Origin: Oscillospiraceae bacterium
GTDB taxonomy: Bacteria; Bacillota; Clostridia; Oscillospirales; Oscillospiraceae
DNA length: 64,000 nucleotides
Direction: 5' to 3'
NCBI GenBank assembly: GCA_015067935.1
Contig: SVLL01000002.1
Span: forward strand, 345-64,344
Part shown: piece by piece, positions 29,748 to 38,985 of the stretch
Layout of the letters: each line of letters begins with the position of its first letter
Position numbering within the stretch: position 1 is the first letter of the stretch
Translations under genes and position numbers: made by a program
The notes under the pieces: generated by a model
Databases searched by the model: none
Seen by the model: only the letters and a program-made list of their open reading frames with translations
What the model was told of the DNA's origin: nothing

Positions 29748-30801
29748 ACTGAAAAATAAGACGATCCTTGTCACCGGCGCGGCCGGCTTCATCGGTGCCA
29801 ATCTGGTACTGGAGCTGCTGCGCAGCGAAAGCCCGGTGAAGGTGGTCGGTTTTGATAATGTAAATGACTACTACGATGTTTCCATCAAGGAATACCGGCT
29901 GGCGGAAATCGAAAAAGAAGCTGCTAAGCATCCGGAGTCCAGTTGGGTATTTGTCAAGGGAAATTTGGCGGATAAGGTATGCATCGAGGAGCTTTTCACC
30001 CAATATGGCTTTGATGTAGTGGTGAATCTGGCGGCGCAGGCCGGCGTGCGGTACTCCATCACCAACCCGGATGCCTACATCGAGAGCAACCTCATCGGCT
30101 TCTACAACATTTTGGAAGCCTGCCGGAACCATCCCGTGGCCCATTTGGTATACGCCTCCAGCTCCTCCGTCTACGGCAGCAATACGAAGATTCCCTATTC
30201 CACCGACGACAAGGTGGACAATCCGGTGAGTCTGTATGCCGCCACAAAAAAATCCAACGAGCTGTTGGCCCACGCCTATTCCAAACTCTACAATATCCCG
30301 TCTACGGGCCTGCGGTTTTTCACCGTCTACGGACCTGCCGGCCGTCCGGATATGGCCTATTTTGGCTTTACCAATAAGCTTTTGAAGGGACAGACCATTG
30401 AGATCTTCAATTACGGCAATTGCAAACGGGATTTCACATATGTGGATGACATTGTCGAGGGTGTGAAGCGTGTGATGCGCTGCGCACCGGAAAAGGTCAA
30501 CGGTGCAGACGGCCTGCCGCTGCCGCCATACCGGGTTTATAACATCGGCAACAGCAATCCGGAGAATCTGCTGGATTTCGTCAACATTTTGCAGGAAGAG
30601 CTGATTCGTGCGGAGGTTCTGCCGACAGATTATGATTTTGAAGCCCATAAGAAACTGGTGCCGATGCAGCCCGGCGATGTGCCGGTGACCTTTGCGGACA
30701 CCACTGCCCTGGAGCAGGATCTGGGCTTTAAGCCGTCTACCACACTTCGGGAAGGCCTGCGCCGGTTTGCCCGGTGGTACAAGGAATTTTATAAGGTATA
30801 A
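29728..30801 (+). CDS. NAD-dependent epimerase, UDP-glucuronate 4-epimerase-like
   Basis: TGAAGFIG, LAAQAGVRYS, YASSSSVYG, YAATKK, RFFTVYGP.GRPDMA, MQPGDV. Confidence 0.9.
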   Translation: MLTPNVELKNKTILVTGAAGFIGANLVLELLRSESPVKVVGFDNVNDYYDVSIKEYRLAEIEKEAAKHPESSWVFVKGNLADKVCIEELFTQYGFDVVVNLAAQAGVRYSITNPDAYIESNLIGFYNILEACRNHPVAHLVYASSSSVYGSNTKIPYSTDDKVDNPVSLYAATKKSNELLAHAYSKLYNIPSTGLRFFTVYGPAGRPDMAYFGFTNKLLKGQTIEIFNYGNCKRDFTYVDDIVEGVKRVMRCAPEKVNGADGLPLPPYRVYNIGNSNPENLLDFVNILQEELIRAEVLPTDYDFEAHKKLVPMQPGDVPVTFADTTALEQDLGFKPSTTLREGLRRFARWYKEFYKV

Positions 30802-30887
30802 AAGAGCGAGACCGTAATCAGTTGCCATGGAGAAGCACTCGTAGGGACTGCAGGAATGCTCATCATAAAAGAAAGTGAGTGAAGCAC

Positions 30888-32072
30888 ATGAAAATTGCAG
30901 TTGCAGGAACCGGCTATGTCGGTCTTTCTATGGCGGTGCTGCTTGCACAGCACAATCAGGTTACAGCGGTTGACATCATCCCCCAGAAGGTGGAGTTGAT
31001 CAACAATAAAAAGTCTCCCATCGCGGATAAGGAGATTCAGGAGTATCTGGCGGAAAAGGAATTGTCCCTGTATGCTACCACAGACGGAGACTCCGCATAC
31101 CGGGAGGCGGAGCTGGTAATCATTGCCACTCCCACCAATTACGATCCCAGCAAAAATTTTTTTGATACCTCCTCTGTGGAAGCGGTGATCGAGCAGGTGA
31201 TCCGGGCCAATCCCGATGCGGTGATGATTATTAAGTCCACCGTTCCCGTAGGCTTTACGGAAAAGGCAAGAGCAGAGTTTTGCTGTGATAACATTTTGTT
31301 CAGCCCGGAATTTTTGCGGGAGGGCAGGGCTTTGTATGACAATCTCTACCCCAGCCGGATCATTGTGGGTGTGCCTGTGCGAAATGCCAGACTTCACAAG
31401 GCAGCGGAGACCTTTGCCGCACTGCTCCGGCAGGGCGCAGTGAAGGAGGATATTGAGGTTCGCTATATGAACCCCACGGAGGCGGAGGCCGTCAAGCTGT
31501 TTGCCAATACCTATTTGGCTTTGCGTGTTTCCTTTTTTAACGAACTGGATACCTATGCGGCAGTGCGTGGGCTGGATACGAAATCTATCATTGAGGGTGT
31601 GGGGCTGGATCCCCGAATCGGAAGCCACTACAACAACCCCTCCTTCGGCTACGGCGGTTACTGCCTGCCTAAGGATACAAAGCAATTGCTGGCAAATTAT
31701 AATGATGTGCCCCAAAACATCATTTCTGCCATTGTATCTGCCAATACCACCCGTAAGGATTTTATCGCAGATCAAATTATTGCCAAGCAGCCTAAAACTG
31801 TGGGCGTGTATCGGCTGATTATGAAGGCGGGAAGCGATAACTTTCGCCAATCTGCCATTCAGGGCGTGATGAAGCGCATCAAGGCCAAGGGCATCGAGGT
31901 CGTTATCTATGAGCCGACAATGAAGGAAAACAGCTTCTTCAACAGCCGGGTGATCCGGGATCTGGAGGAATTTAAGCAAATGGCAGATGTGATCATTGCC
32001 AACCGCTTCCACGAGGATATTGCCGATGTGTTGGAAAAGGTTTATACAAGAGATCTGTATTTCCGGGATTGA
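30888..32072 (+). CDS. ugd: UDP-glucose 6-dehydrogenase
   Basis: [42 protein letters not shown]. Confidence 0.93.
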   Translation: MKIAVAGTGYVGLSMAVLLAQHNQVTAVDIIPQKVELINNKKSPIADKEIQEYLAEKELSLYATTDGDSAYREAELVIIATPTNYDPSKNFFDTSSVEAVIEQVIRANPDAVMIIKSTVPVGFTEKARAEFCCDNILFSPEFLREGRALYDNLYPSRIIVGVPVRNARLHKAAETFAALLRQGAVKEDIEVRYMNPTEAEAVKLFANTYLALRVSFFNELDTYAAVRGLDTKSIIEGVGLDPRIGSHYNNPSFGYGGYCLPKDTKQLLANYNDVPQNIISAIVSANTTRKDFIADQIIAKQPKTVGVYRLIMKAGSDNFRQSAIQGVMKRIKAKGIEVVIYEPTMKENSFFNSRVIRDLEEFKQMADVIIANRFHEDIADVLEKVYTRDLYFRD

Positions 32073-32086
32073 TGGAGGAAGAGAAA

Positions 32087-33262
32087 ATGATAGCAGCGGA
32101 AAAATTTCAGGAAGTTTATAAGAAAGAGCCGCCCTATACGGCCTTTACCCCTTACCGGGTGTGTCCCATCGGTGCCCATGTGGACCATCAGTTGGGTCCC
32201 GTTACCGGCTTCGCGCTGGATAAGGGCATCCATATTGCCTACGGCCCCAAGGAAAACGGTGTGGTGGAGATCCAATCCCTGCAGTTTGACAAGCGTGCCC
32301 AGTGGCATGTAGAGGCAACCCCCAAGACCAAGCAGGACGATTGGGCAGACCATCTGCGTGGTGCAACCATCGCACTGAATAAGCGTTATCCCCTCCGCCG
32401 TGGCCTGTGCGCTGTGATTGCGGGAGAACTGCCGATCGGTGGCCTTTCCTCCTCGGCGGCGGTGATCATCACCTATATTTCCGCCCTGTGCAAAATCAAC
32501 GGAATTTCTCTGACCCCTCAGGAGATGGTGGATATCTCTCAGGAGGCAGAGCTGAAATATGTTGGCGTGTCTGTGGGCAAGCTGGACCAGTCCTGCGAGG
32601 TGTACTGCCGCAAGGACCATCTGCTGTTTATGGACTTTTGGGATGACAGCTATGAGCTGATTCCCAATCACCCGGATATGAAGCCCTTTAAGTTTGCCAT
32701 TTTCTTCAGCGGTATGGAGCGCAGCCTGGCAGGCTCTGCTTATAATATGCGAGTGGACGAGGTCAAGAGTGCCGCCTATGCCCTCAAGGCCTTTGCAGGT
32801 ATGCCCTACGGCAAGTTCAACGAGACCGTTTTGGGCCATGTGCCCTATGAAACATTTCTGGAGCACAAGCACCGCCTGCCGGATAATTGGCGCAAGCGCG
32901 CGGAGCATTGGTACGGCGAAACCCAGCGGGCAAGATTGGGCGCAGAGGCTTGGCGCAAGGGCGATATTGAGGCGTACGGCAAGCTTTGCTTTGAAAGCGG
33001 CTGGTCCTCCATCCATAACTGGGAAACCGGATCTCCTGAGCTGATAAAGCTATACGAAATTATGACCCGGACACCCGGTATCTACGGTGGCCGTTTCTCC
33101 GGCGCAGGCTTCAAGGGCTGCTGTATGGCCCTCATTGACCCGGCTTATGAGGAATCCATCACCGAGCAGGTCACCCGGGAGTATCTGGCGGCCTTCCCCA
33201 ATATGGAGGGCAAATATTCCGTGCATATTTGTGAAAGTGCCGACGGCGTAAAGCTGGATTGA
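32087..33262 (+). CDS. GHMP sugar-1-kinase, galacturonokinase-like
   Basis: PYRVCPIGAHVDHQ, GGLSSSAA, GKLDQ, GGRFSGAGFKGCC. Confidence 0.85.
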   Translation: MIAAEKFQEVYKKEPPYTAFTPYRVCPIGAHVDHQLGPVTGFALDKGIHIAYGPKENGVVEIQSLQFDKRAQWHVEATPKTKQDDWADHLRGATIALNKRYPLRRGLCAVIAGELPIGGLSSSAAVIITYISALCKINGISLTPQEMVDISQEAELKYVGVSVGKLDQSCEVYCRKDHLLFMDFWDDSYELIPNHPDMKPFKFAIFFSGMERSLAGSAYNMRVDEVKSAAYALKAFAGMPYGKFNETVLGHVPYETFLEHKHRLPDNWRKRAEHWYGETQRARLGAEAWRKGDIEAYGKLCFESGWSSIHNWETGSPELIKLYEIMTRTPGIYGGRFSGAGFKGCCMALIDPAYEESITEQVTREYLAAFPNMEGKYSVHICESADGVKLD

Positions 33263-33274
33263 GGAGGAAAACAA

Positions 33275-34012
33275 ATGAAATGTCTGATTCTGGCGGCAGG
33301 CTATGCCACCCGTCTGTATCCGCTGACCGAGAATTTTCCCAAGCCGCTGCTGAAGGTGGGAGAAAAGACCATTCTGGACTGGCTGGTGGATGATATCCAC
33401 ACCTGCGGCGTAGTGGACGAGTATGTGGTGATCTCCAACCACAAGTTTGCCCATCATTTTGAAGAATGGGCCAAGACAAAGGCACAGAAAATCACCGTAG
33501 TGGATGACGGTACAGATTCCAACGAGACCCGTTTGGGCGCGGTGAAGGACATTCAGTTTGCCATTGACAAGCTGGCACTGGATGATGATATGCTGGTAAT
33601 TGCCGGTGACAATGTGCTGGATTTCAGCTTGTGCAAATTCATCGCCTATGCCCGGGAGAAGGGCACTTCCTGCGTGATGCGCTATTATGAAGCCAGCGAA
33701 GCCAAGCTGCGCAAGTCCGGTGTGATTTCTCCCGATGAAAACGGCAAGATCCTCTTTATGGAGGAAAAGCCGGCTGAGCCTAAGGCCAACTGGTGCTGTC
33801 CGCCCTTTTATTATTACACGAAGCAGGATGCCCGCCTGGTGCAAAAGGGGATCGACAGCGGCTGCGGTACTGATGCCCCCGGCAGCTATATTGCATGGTT
33901 GTGCGGTCAGACTACCGTCCACGCCATGGAAATGCCCGGGTCTCGGTACGATATCGGCAATCTGGAAAGCTATGAAACCGTCAAAGCTACCTATAAGGGT
34001 ATTACAAAATAA
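33275..34012 (+). CDS. sugar-1-phosphate nucleotidyltransferase
   Basis: ILAAGYATRLYPLT..PKPLL, RLGAV.D, AGDN, EEKP, YDIG. Confidence 0.9.
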   Translation: MKCLILAAGYATRLYPLTENFPKPLLKVGEKTILDWLVDDIHTCGVVDEYVVISNHKFAHHFEEWAKTKAQKITVVDDGTDSNETRLGAVKDIQFAIDKLALDDDMLVIAGDNVLDFSLCKFIAYAREKGTSCVMRYYEASEAKLRKSGVISPDENGKILFMEEKPAEPKANWCCPPFYYYTKQDARLVQKGIDSGCGTDAPGSYIAWLCGQTTVHAMEMPGSRYDIGNLESYETVKATYKGITK

Positions 34013-34013
34013 G

Positions 34014-34045
34014 AAAAAATGAGGTGAGCGATCACCTCATTTTTT
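34014..34045 (+). terminator. intrinsic terminator ending the polysaccharide locus
   Basis: aaaaaatgaggtga-gcga-tcacctcatttttt. Confidence 0.85.
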
Positions 34046-34061
34046 GTTGGGAAATGTCGGT

Positions 34062-34090
34062 TTGACAACGGTCCACCGGTGTGGTAAAGT
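34062..34090 (+). promoter_or_regulatory. sigma-A promoter of the TIR-LRR operon
   Basis: TTGACA-N17-TAAAGT with extended TG. Confidence 0.6.
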
Positions 34091-34121
34091 ATAGCTAAAG
34101 ATATACCAGGGAGGCGGTAAT

Positions 34122-34622
34122 ATGTACGATTGGAGCGGATGTCCCGCTGGATTTTTCGATTTGTATATGGAAACGGGCCAGGTGAAAAAAGTCCCCACGG
34201 CATCGGAGCCGGTGCTGGTGGAGGTCTGGGTGGCATCCACCTTTGCCGCTTCTGCGGTGCAGGAGGAATGCAAGGAGGCATCCCGCAGACCCATTTATGA
34301 TGTGCTGAAACAGATTCGGGGACTGTGCGGAGATCAGCCTGCCTGCGTGATCTTCCTGAGTGACGACGGCCGCAACGATGCGGTGGCCTGGTCGGCAGCG
34401 GTCACATTGCTGATCAAGCAGCTGAAAAAGGAAAAGCTTTTGGCCTGCTCCGTGCTTTATGCCGCAACTGGGGATGAAATTACCCGGGAGCTGAAGGATT
34501 TGTCGGATGTTTTAGTTTGCGGACAGTCCAATCCCCGGCAGGACAAGGCAGATGTCCAAATCCGGAGCAAAATATCCCAGCTGCCCTCTGCTTTGATCCG
34601 GTACATCGGTAGTGCTGAGTAA
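34122..34622 (+). CDS. hypothetical alpha/beta protein (possible degenerate FtsZ/tubulin-like fold)
   Basis: SD ggagg, promoter upstream, 31 nt before the TIR-LRR start; fold guessed by eye only. Confidence 0.6.
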   Translation: MYDWSGCPAGFFDLYMETGQVKKVPTASEPVLVEVWVASTFAASAVQEECKEASRRPIYDVLKQIRGLCGDQPACVIFLSDDGRNDAVAWSAAVTLLIKQLKKEKLLACSVLYAATGDEITRELKDLSDVLVCGQSNPRQDKADVQIRSKISQLPSALIRYIGSAE

Positions 34623-34653
34623 GTCTGCAACACAATGATCGGAGGTTATGCCA

Positions 34654-36552
34654 ATGAGCTGTGTATTTATCAGCTATAGCACAGAAAATCAGGACTGTGC
34701 GGATTTGATCCGACATTTTTTGAATAAGAATGGGATCAGCACCTGGATGGCTCCTTACGATATCCCCGTAGGCAGCAAGTATGCGGAGATCATCAACCGT
34801 GCCATTAGAAATTGTGCTTGTTTTCTTTTGTTACTGACCGATGCTTCTCAAAATTCCACCTGGGTGGCAAAAGAGTTGGAGCGGGCCATCCATTACCAAA
34901 AGACCGTCATCCCCCTGCAGCTGGAGAATGTGGTTTTGAATGACGAGTTTGAATTTTATATCAGCTCGTCTCAGATCATGAAGATGCACAGACTCCGGGA
35001 GGATGCGGAGGAGATCAAGCGTCTGCTGCCCGTACTCAGTGTGTATGCAGAGGGAAGCGTCCCATCTGCGGAGCCGGTCAAGGAATTTGAGATCTCCGGA
35101 ACCAAGCTGGTGAAATATTTGGGCAGCGGTGGGGATGTGGTCATCCCGGAGGGGATCACCTGCATTGCCAATGGTGCGTTTGCCAATCAGTCTCAGCTGC
35201 AATCCGTAACGATGCCGGATAAGGTAGAGTTTGTGGAGGAAAATGCGTTTTATGACTGCGGTGGCTTGATAACGGTTAAGCTTTCTCCCAATATCCGGAT
35301 GATTGACCGCAATGCGTTTTATAAATGCACCAGCCTGGTACAAATTGAACTGCCTGCTGCTGCCCATACCGTTAAGGGTTTGGCATTTCACCGCTGTGAG
35401 TCTCTGAAAAGTATTTTTATCCCGGCCAATGTATCCACATTTGCTTCGAATGCAATGCTGCATTGCTCTGGCCTGAAGGAAATCCAGGTGGATGAAAACA
35501 ACGGTCATTATAGCAGCAAGGATGGCATTTTGTACAATAAAGAAGGCACGAAGGTCATCTGCTGCCCGGAAGGATATTCCGGCAGAGTGGTCATTCCGGA
35601 AGGGGTCACTTCCATCTCCCGGTTTGCCTTTGCCCACTGCCAGCAGATTACCGAGATCATTTTCCCCACATCCCTGAAGACCATCGAAGAAAGTGCCTTT
35701 TGGCAGTGCAGCGGGATCACCCAGGTGCAGATCCCCGGCAGTGTGGGAGAATTGGGCTCCAGTGCCTTTGCTGAATGCACAAAATTGGAGCAGGTGAGTA
35801 TGGGGGAAGGAATGGTGGTCCTGCGGAAGAATGCCTTCCGAAAGTGTACCGCATTAAAATCGGTGGAACTGCCCCAGTCCCTGCGGACCATTGGCGGTAA
35901 TGCTTTTGAAGAATGTGCCTTGATACAAATCGCACTCCCGGAGCAGCTTGTTGCCCTGGAGGAGTATGCTTTCTTTAAGTGCAAGCAGCTGACCTCTGTC
36001 ACCCTGCCTACCCGTATGCCGGTTTTGAGTAAGGGCGTTTTTGCCTGGTGTCAGAAATTGGAGACGGTGGAAAATCTGGAGAATGTGCTGAAATTGGGCA
36101 ACTCTGCCTTCTTTGAATGCAACCTTCTGGATGTACCGGCACTGAATGAGAATCTGCTGTGTGTTGGTGAGGAGACCTTTTTCGGTTGCGAGAGGCTCAC
36201 CTCTGTGCATATCCCCGACACGGTGCAGACAATTGGCAAAAATGCCTTTGGGCGTTGTCGCGGACTTTCTAAAGTGACCATTGATGACGGTGTGAAGGAA
36301 ATCGGTGACTGGGCATTTGAAAGATGCGCTCGTCTGAGCGAGCTTATTTTGCCGGAATCCCTGGAGAAACTGGGCAAGCGGGTGTTTATGGATTGCTATA
36401 GCCTGGTGAATATTTACTTCCCCGGAGGGATCAAAGAGATCGGAGAGGATATTTTGGAAGGTGCCTCCGGTGCCATCGCCTATACGACGGCAGGTTCCTT
36501 TGCGGAGAAATATATGCGGGAGCATAATTTGATTTATGTTACGGTGCAATGA
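34654..36552 (+). CDS. TIR domain + BspA/TpLRR-type leucine-rich repeat protein
   Basis: VFISYS, W.APYDIP.G, S..STWVAKELERA (catalytic-type Glu); then many 23-aa repeats IPxxVxxIGxxAFxxCxxL; no signal peptide or TM. Confidence 0.9.
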   Translation: MSCVFISYSTENQDCADLIRHFLNKNGISTWMAPYDIPVGSKYAEIINRAIRNCACFLLLLTDASQNSTWVAKELERAIHYQKTVIPLQLENVVLNDEFEFYISSSQIMKMHRLREDAEEIKRLLPVLSVYAEGSVPSAEPVKEFEISGTKLVKYLGSGGDVVIPEGITCIANGAFANQSQLQSVTMPDKVEFVEENAFYDCGGLITVKLSPNIRMIDRNAFYKCTSLVQIELPAAAHTVKGLAFHRCESLKSIFIPANVSTFASNAMLHCSGLKEIQVDENNGHYSSKDGILYNKEGTKVICCPEGYSGRVVIPEGVTSISRFAFAHCQQITEIIFPTSLKTIEESAFWQCSGITQVQIPGSVGELGSSAFAECTKLEQVSMGEGMVVLRKNAFRKCTALKSVELPQSLRTIGGNAFEECALIQIALPEQLVALEEYAFFKCKQLTSVTLPTRMPVLSKGVFAWCQKLETVENLENVLKLGNSAFFECNLLDVPALNENLLCVGEETFFGCERLTSVHIPDTVQTIGKNAFGRCRGLSKVTIDDGVKEIGDWAFERCARLSELILPESLEKLGKRVFMDCYSLVNIYFPGGIKEIGEDILEGASGAIAYTTAGSFAEKYMREHNLIYVTVQ

Positions 36553-36638
36553 TCGGCAAAGCAGCAGATGCTTGATATCATAAAGTAAAAAGAATGGGAA
36601 GAATAATTTAACGCATATTTTTGCGATGTGACTGTTTG

Positions 36639-36681
36639 GAAGAACTCCTCTGCTCTATGGATGCAGAGGAGTTCTTCTTTT
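36639..36681 (+). terminator. intrinsic terminator after TIR-LRR
   Basis: gaagaactcctctgc / gcagaggagttcttc + tttt. Confidence 0.8.
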
Positions 36682-36748
36682 GGGCGGTATGATCTCCTTG
36701 TTTTACAGATACTAACAGCGTAATTTGCAAAAATATTGTAGGTACCAA

Positions 36749-36870
36749 AGCCTCCCTCTGATGAGGGAGGCGTCACGAAGTGACGGAGGGATTGTAAAGT
36801 ATCGACACAGAACGATCCCCCAGTCAGAAATCAAAGATTTCTGCCAGCCCCCTTTACACAAGGGGGCCTT
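36749..36870 (+). repeat. multi-hairpin REP-like element (same family as 57367-57480)
   Basis: gcctccctctgatgagggagg...cggaggga...tcccccagtcag...ctgccagccccct...agggggcc. Confidence 0.75.
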
Positions 36871-36999
36871 AGTTCGCACCTAACCGCATCTGCGGTGGTG
36901 GGGCACCACACGCAAGCGAAAGAAAATTCGATGAGCCTATAGGCTCGGCTGGTAAAAGGCCCTAAGGGGGCCTGTGCATACCTTTGGCACGGCCGGTGG

Positions 37000-37707
37000 T
37001 TATGATTGCATCAAGTAGCGGATGCCCACCAAAATCAAAATGTGCAGGGGATAGAAGGCATAAAACAGAAATTTCAGCACAGGACCTTTAATGAAGCCCC
37101 GCTGCCCGTTGTACATATTGATGGGAATAAAGGCTGCTTCCGCGGCCAGACCGCCGGAGAGCAGGGGATAGCAAATCAAAGCTTGCGCGGCCGGATGATG
37201 GCGTAAAATGTAGATTGCAAGGACCAGTAATGCCCCGGGCATACCGTAATCCGTTGCCAAATAATGGGTAAGAAAGCAAACACCGCCCATCATCACAAAT
37301 TTTAGCAGCTGCTTCTCCTTGCTCTCGAAGAGGCAAATCAGCATCAGCCCGGAAAACAGAGTAAAGAAGACATTTTGCGCATTGAGATCAAAACGGGTAA
37401 AAAACATCAGATCAAAAGGAATTTCGGAGATCAGGGCAAAAAGCAACAGCCGCAGGGCATATTTTGCCTTGTTTTTGGTATGGCAGTAGCCTTCCGCAAT
37501 CAAAAAGCAGAAGATGGGAAACGCCATCCGTCCGATTTTGCGCATGATCCAGTAGATAGTCAGTTCCTTGCCGAGAACGGTGAAGGGGGTAGCAAGGACG
37601 GGAAGCACATAAACCATAGTGCTTGCAAAATGGTCGATGAACATAAGGATCACCGCCAAAAGCTTCAGCATACTGCCGCTCAAAATCTTAATATTCCTTT
37701 GACCCAT
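37000..37707 (-). CDS. TraX family membrane protein
   Basis: LKLLAVILMFIDH, GRMAFPIF, EG, ISEIPFD, QNVFFTL, DYG, YNGQRG, FYAFYPLH. Confidence 0.9.
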   Translation of the reverse strand: MGQRNIKILSGSMLKLLAVILMFIDHFASTMVYVLPVLATPFTVLGKELTIYWIMRKIGRMAFPIFCFLIAEGYCHTKNKAKYALRLLLFALISEIPFDLMFFTRFDLNAQNVFFTLFSGLMLICLFESKEKQLLKFVMMGGVCFLTHYLATDYGMPGALLVLAIYILRHHPAAQALICYPLLSGGLAAEAAFIPINMYNGQRGFIKGPVLKFLFYAFYPLHILILVGIRYLMQS

Positions 37708-38726
37708 TAGGTTTCCCCCTTTGCCGGTGCGCCTTTCTCCCACAAGCGGCTGCACAGCATTGCACAGCGACGCAGGAGAAAGCACCCCAGTCCAATGGGC
37801 AAAAGGCTGCCGATCCAAAGCCAGGTGCGGATGCCGCCCAAATCAAATTTGTAGATCACAGCCGGGAGAAAAAAGACGAAAAATACATGCACAAGATACA
37901 GTTCAAAGGAGTAGTTGCCGCACAGGGAAAGGAAGGAGATCACGGGCTTGGTGTATTTTGTTTTTTCCAGCAGGCCGGACAGATAGGAGACGGCTACACA
38001 CACTGGTGGTGTGATCAGCAGGAAGGGATACCAATAAAGACCGTAATTCCACAAAAGCTCTGCACTCAGCCAATGCTGTGCAGCTGCCAAAAGCCCGGCA
38101 CCCAGCACAAAGGCGACGGTCAGACCGGCAATATGCCCGGCTGTGATCGCGGCGTCCTTTTGGCACGCTTTGGCAAAGAGCATACCAACATAGAAGAGGG
38201 GCAGACGGCTGACTGCGATGATGAGTGTGGGCGTGTTCCAAAAAGGAACGGTGCCCACGAGCAACAGTCCCACAAAAGCCAACTTGCCCAGGGGCGAGGA
38301 ACGCTCGGCCACGGATTTGAAGTAGGGAGCAAGAGCATAGAAAAGGAAAATAGCACCAATGTACCAATTGAAATCCTGCCCAAGCCCTGTAAAAAACTGG
38401 ATGCCCAGCAGATTGCCAATGGCCATCTGATACCCAAAAGCACCGATCACATATTGGTAGACCAGCCAGATCACTATAAAAAGCAGATAGGTGGGGCCAA
38501 GTCGTTTTAATCGGCGTTTCATAAACATTCCCACATCCGGATTGGCAGTCAGAGAATAAAAACAACCGATACCGGAGGCGAAAATACAGATATCCACACC
38601 ACCGTACCCCAAGTCAATGAAAAACTGCAGAGGTCCGAAATTCAGGGGACAATGATACAGCATAATCCAAACTGTTGCCAGGCCCATCCATACGGACCGG
38701 TGACGGAGCAAGTCCTTTCGGCACAT
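37707..38726 (-). CDS. acyltransferase-3 family membrane protein
   Basis: MG.A.VWIMLYH, GYGGVDI...SG.G, RRLKRL, WYI, G.YSFELYLVH. Confidence 0.88.
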   Translation of the reverse strand: MCRKDLLRHRSVWMGLATVWIMLYHCPLNFGPLQFFIDLGYGGVDICIFASGIGCFYSLTANPDVGMFMKRRLKRLGPTYLLFIVIWLVYQYVIGAFGYQMAIGNLLGIQFFTGLGQDFNWYIGAIFLFYALAPYFKSVAERSSPLGKLAFVGLLLVGTVPFWNTPTLIIAVSRLPLFYVGMLFAKACQKDAAITAGHIAGLTVAFVLGAGLLAAAQHWLSAELLWNYGLYWYPFLLITPPVCVAVSYLSGLLEKTKYTKPVISFLSLCGNYSFELYLVHVFFVFFLPAVIYKFDLGGIRTWLWIGSLLPIGLGCFLLRRCAMLCSRLWEKGAPAKGET

Positions 38727-38885
38727 AGGCTCACCTCCAAAAGAGTTATTTTATGTGGCTATGATACCACACGACGGTAAAAAAGTAAAGATGCACAACA
38801 AAAGGCCGGTCGGAGGCTTTTTCGATTTAGGCAGTATAAATCTTCCCCTTTTACAAATAATAGCATCGTAATTTGTAAAATTATT

Positions 38886-38955
38886 GTAGGGCGGGGCCTT
38901 GGTCCCGCCGCATACAAAAACGCACCGAACGGCGGGAGCAAGAAATCCGCCCAAC
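38886..38955. repeat. inverted GTAG-type REP doublet (REPIN-like)
   Basis: gtagggcggggccttggtcccgccg (38886-38910) and inverted degenerate copy (38930-38955). Confidence 0.7.
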
Positions 38956-38985
38956 GATGTATTTGTAAAAAGGAGAAAGATATAT

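Noticed and set aside
37000-37707. traX as evidence of a conjugative element
   Set aside because: No other transfer, relaxase or integrase genes; stand-alone TraX-family acyltransferase-like genes are common in Clostridia.
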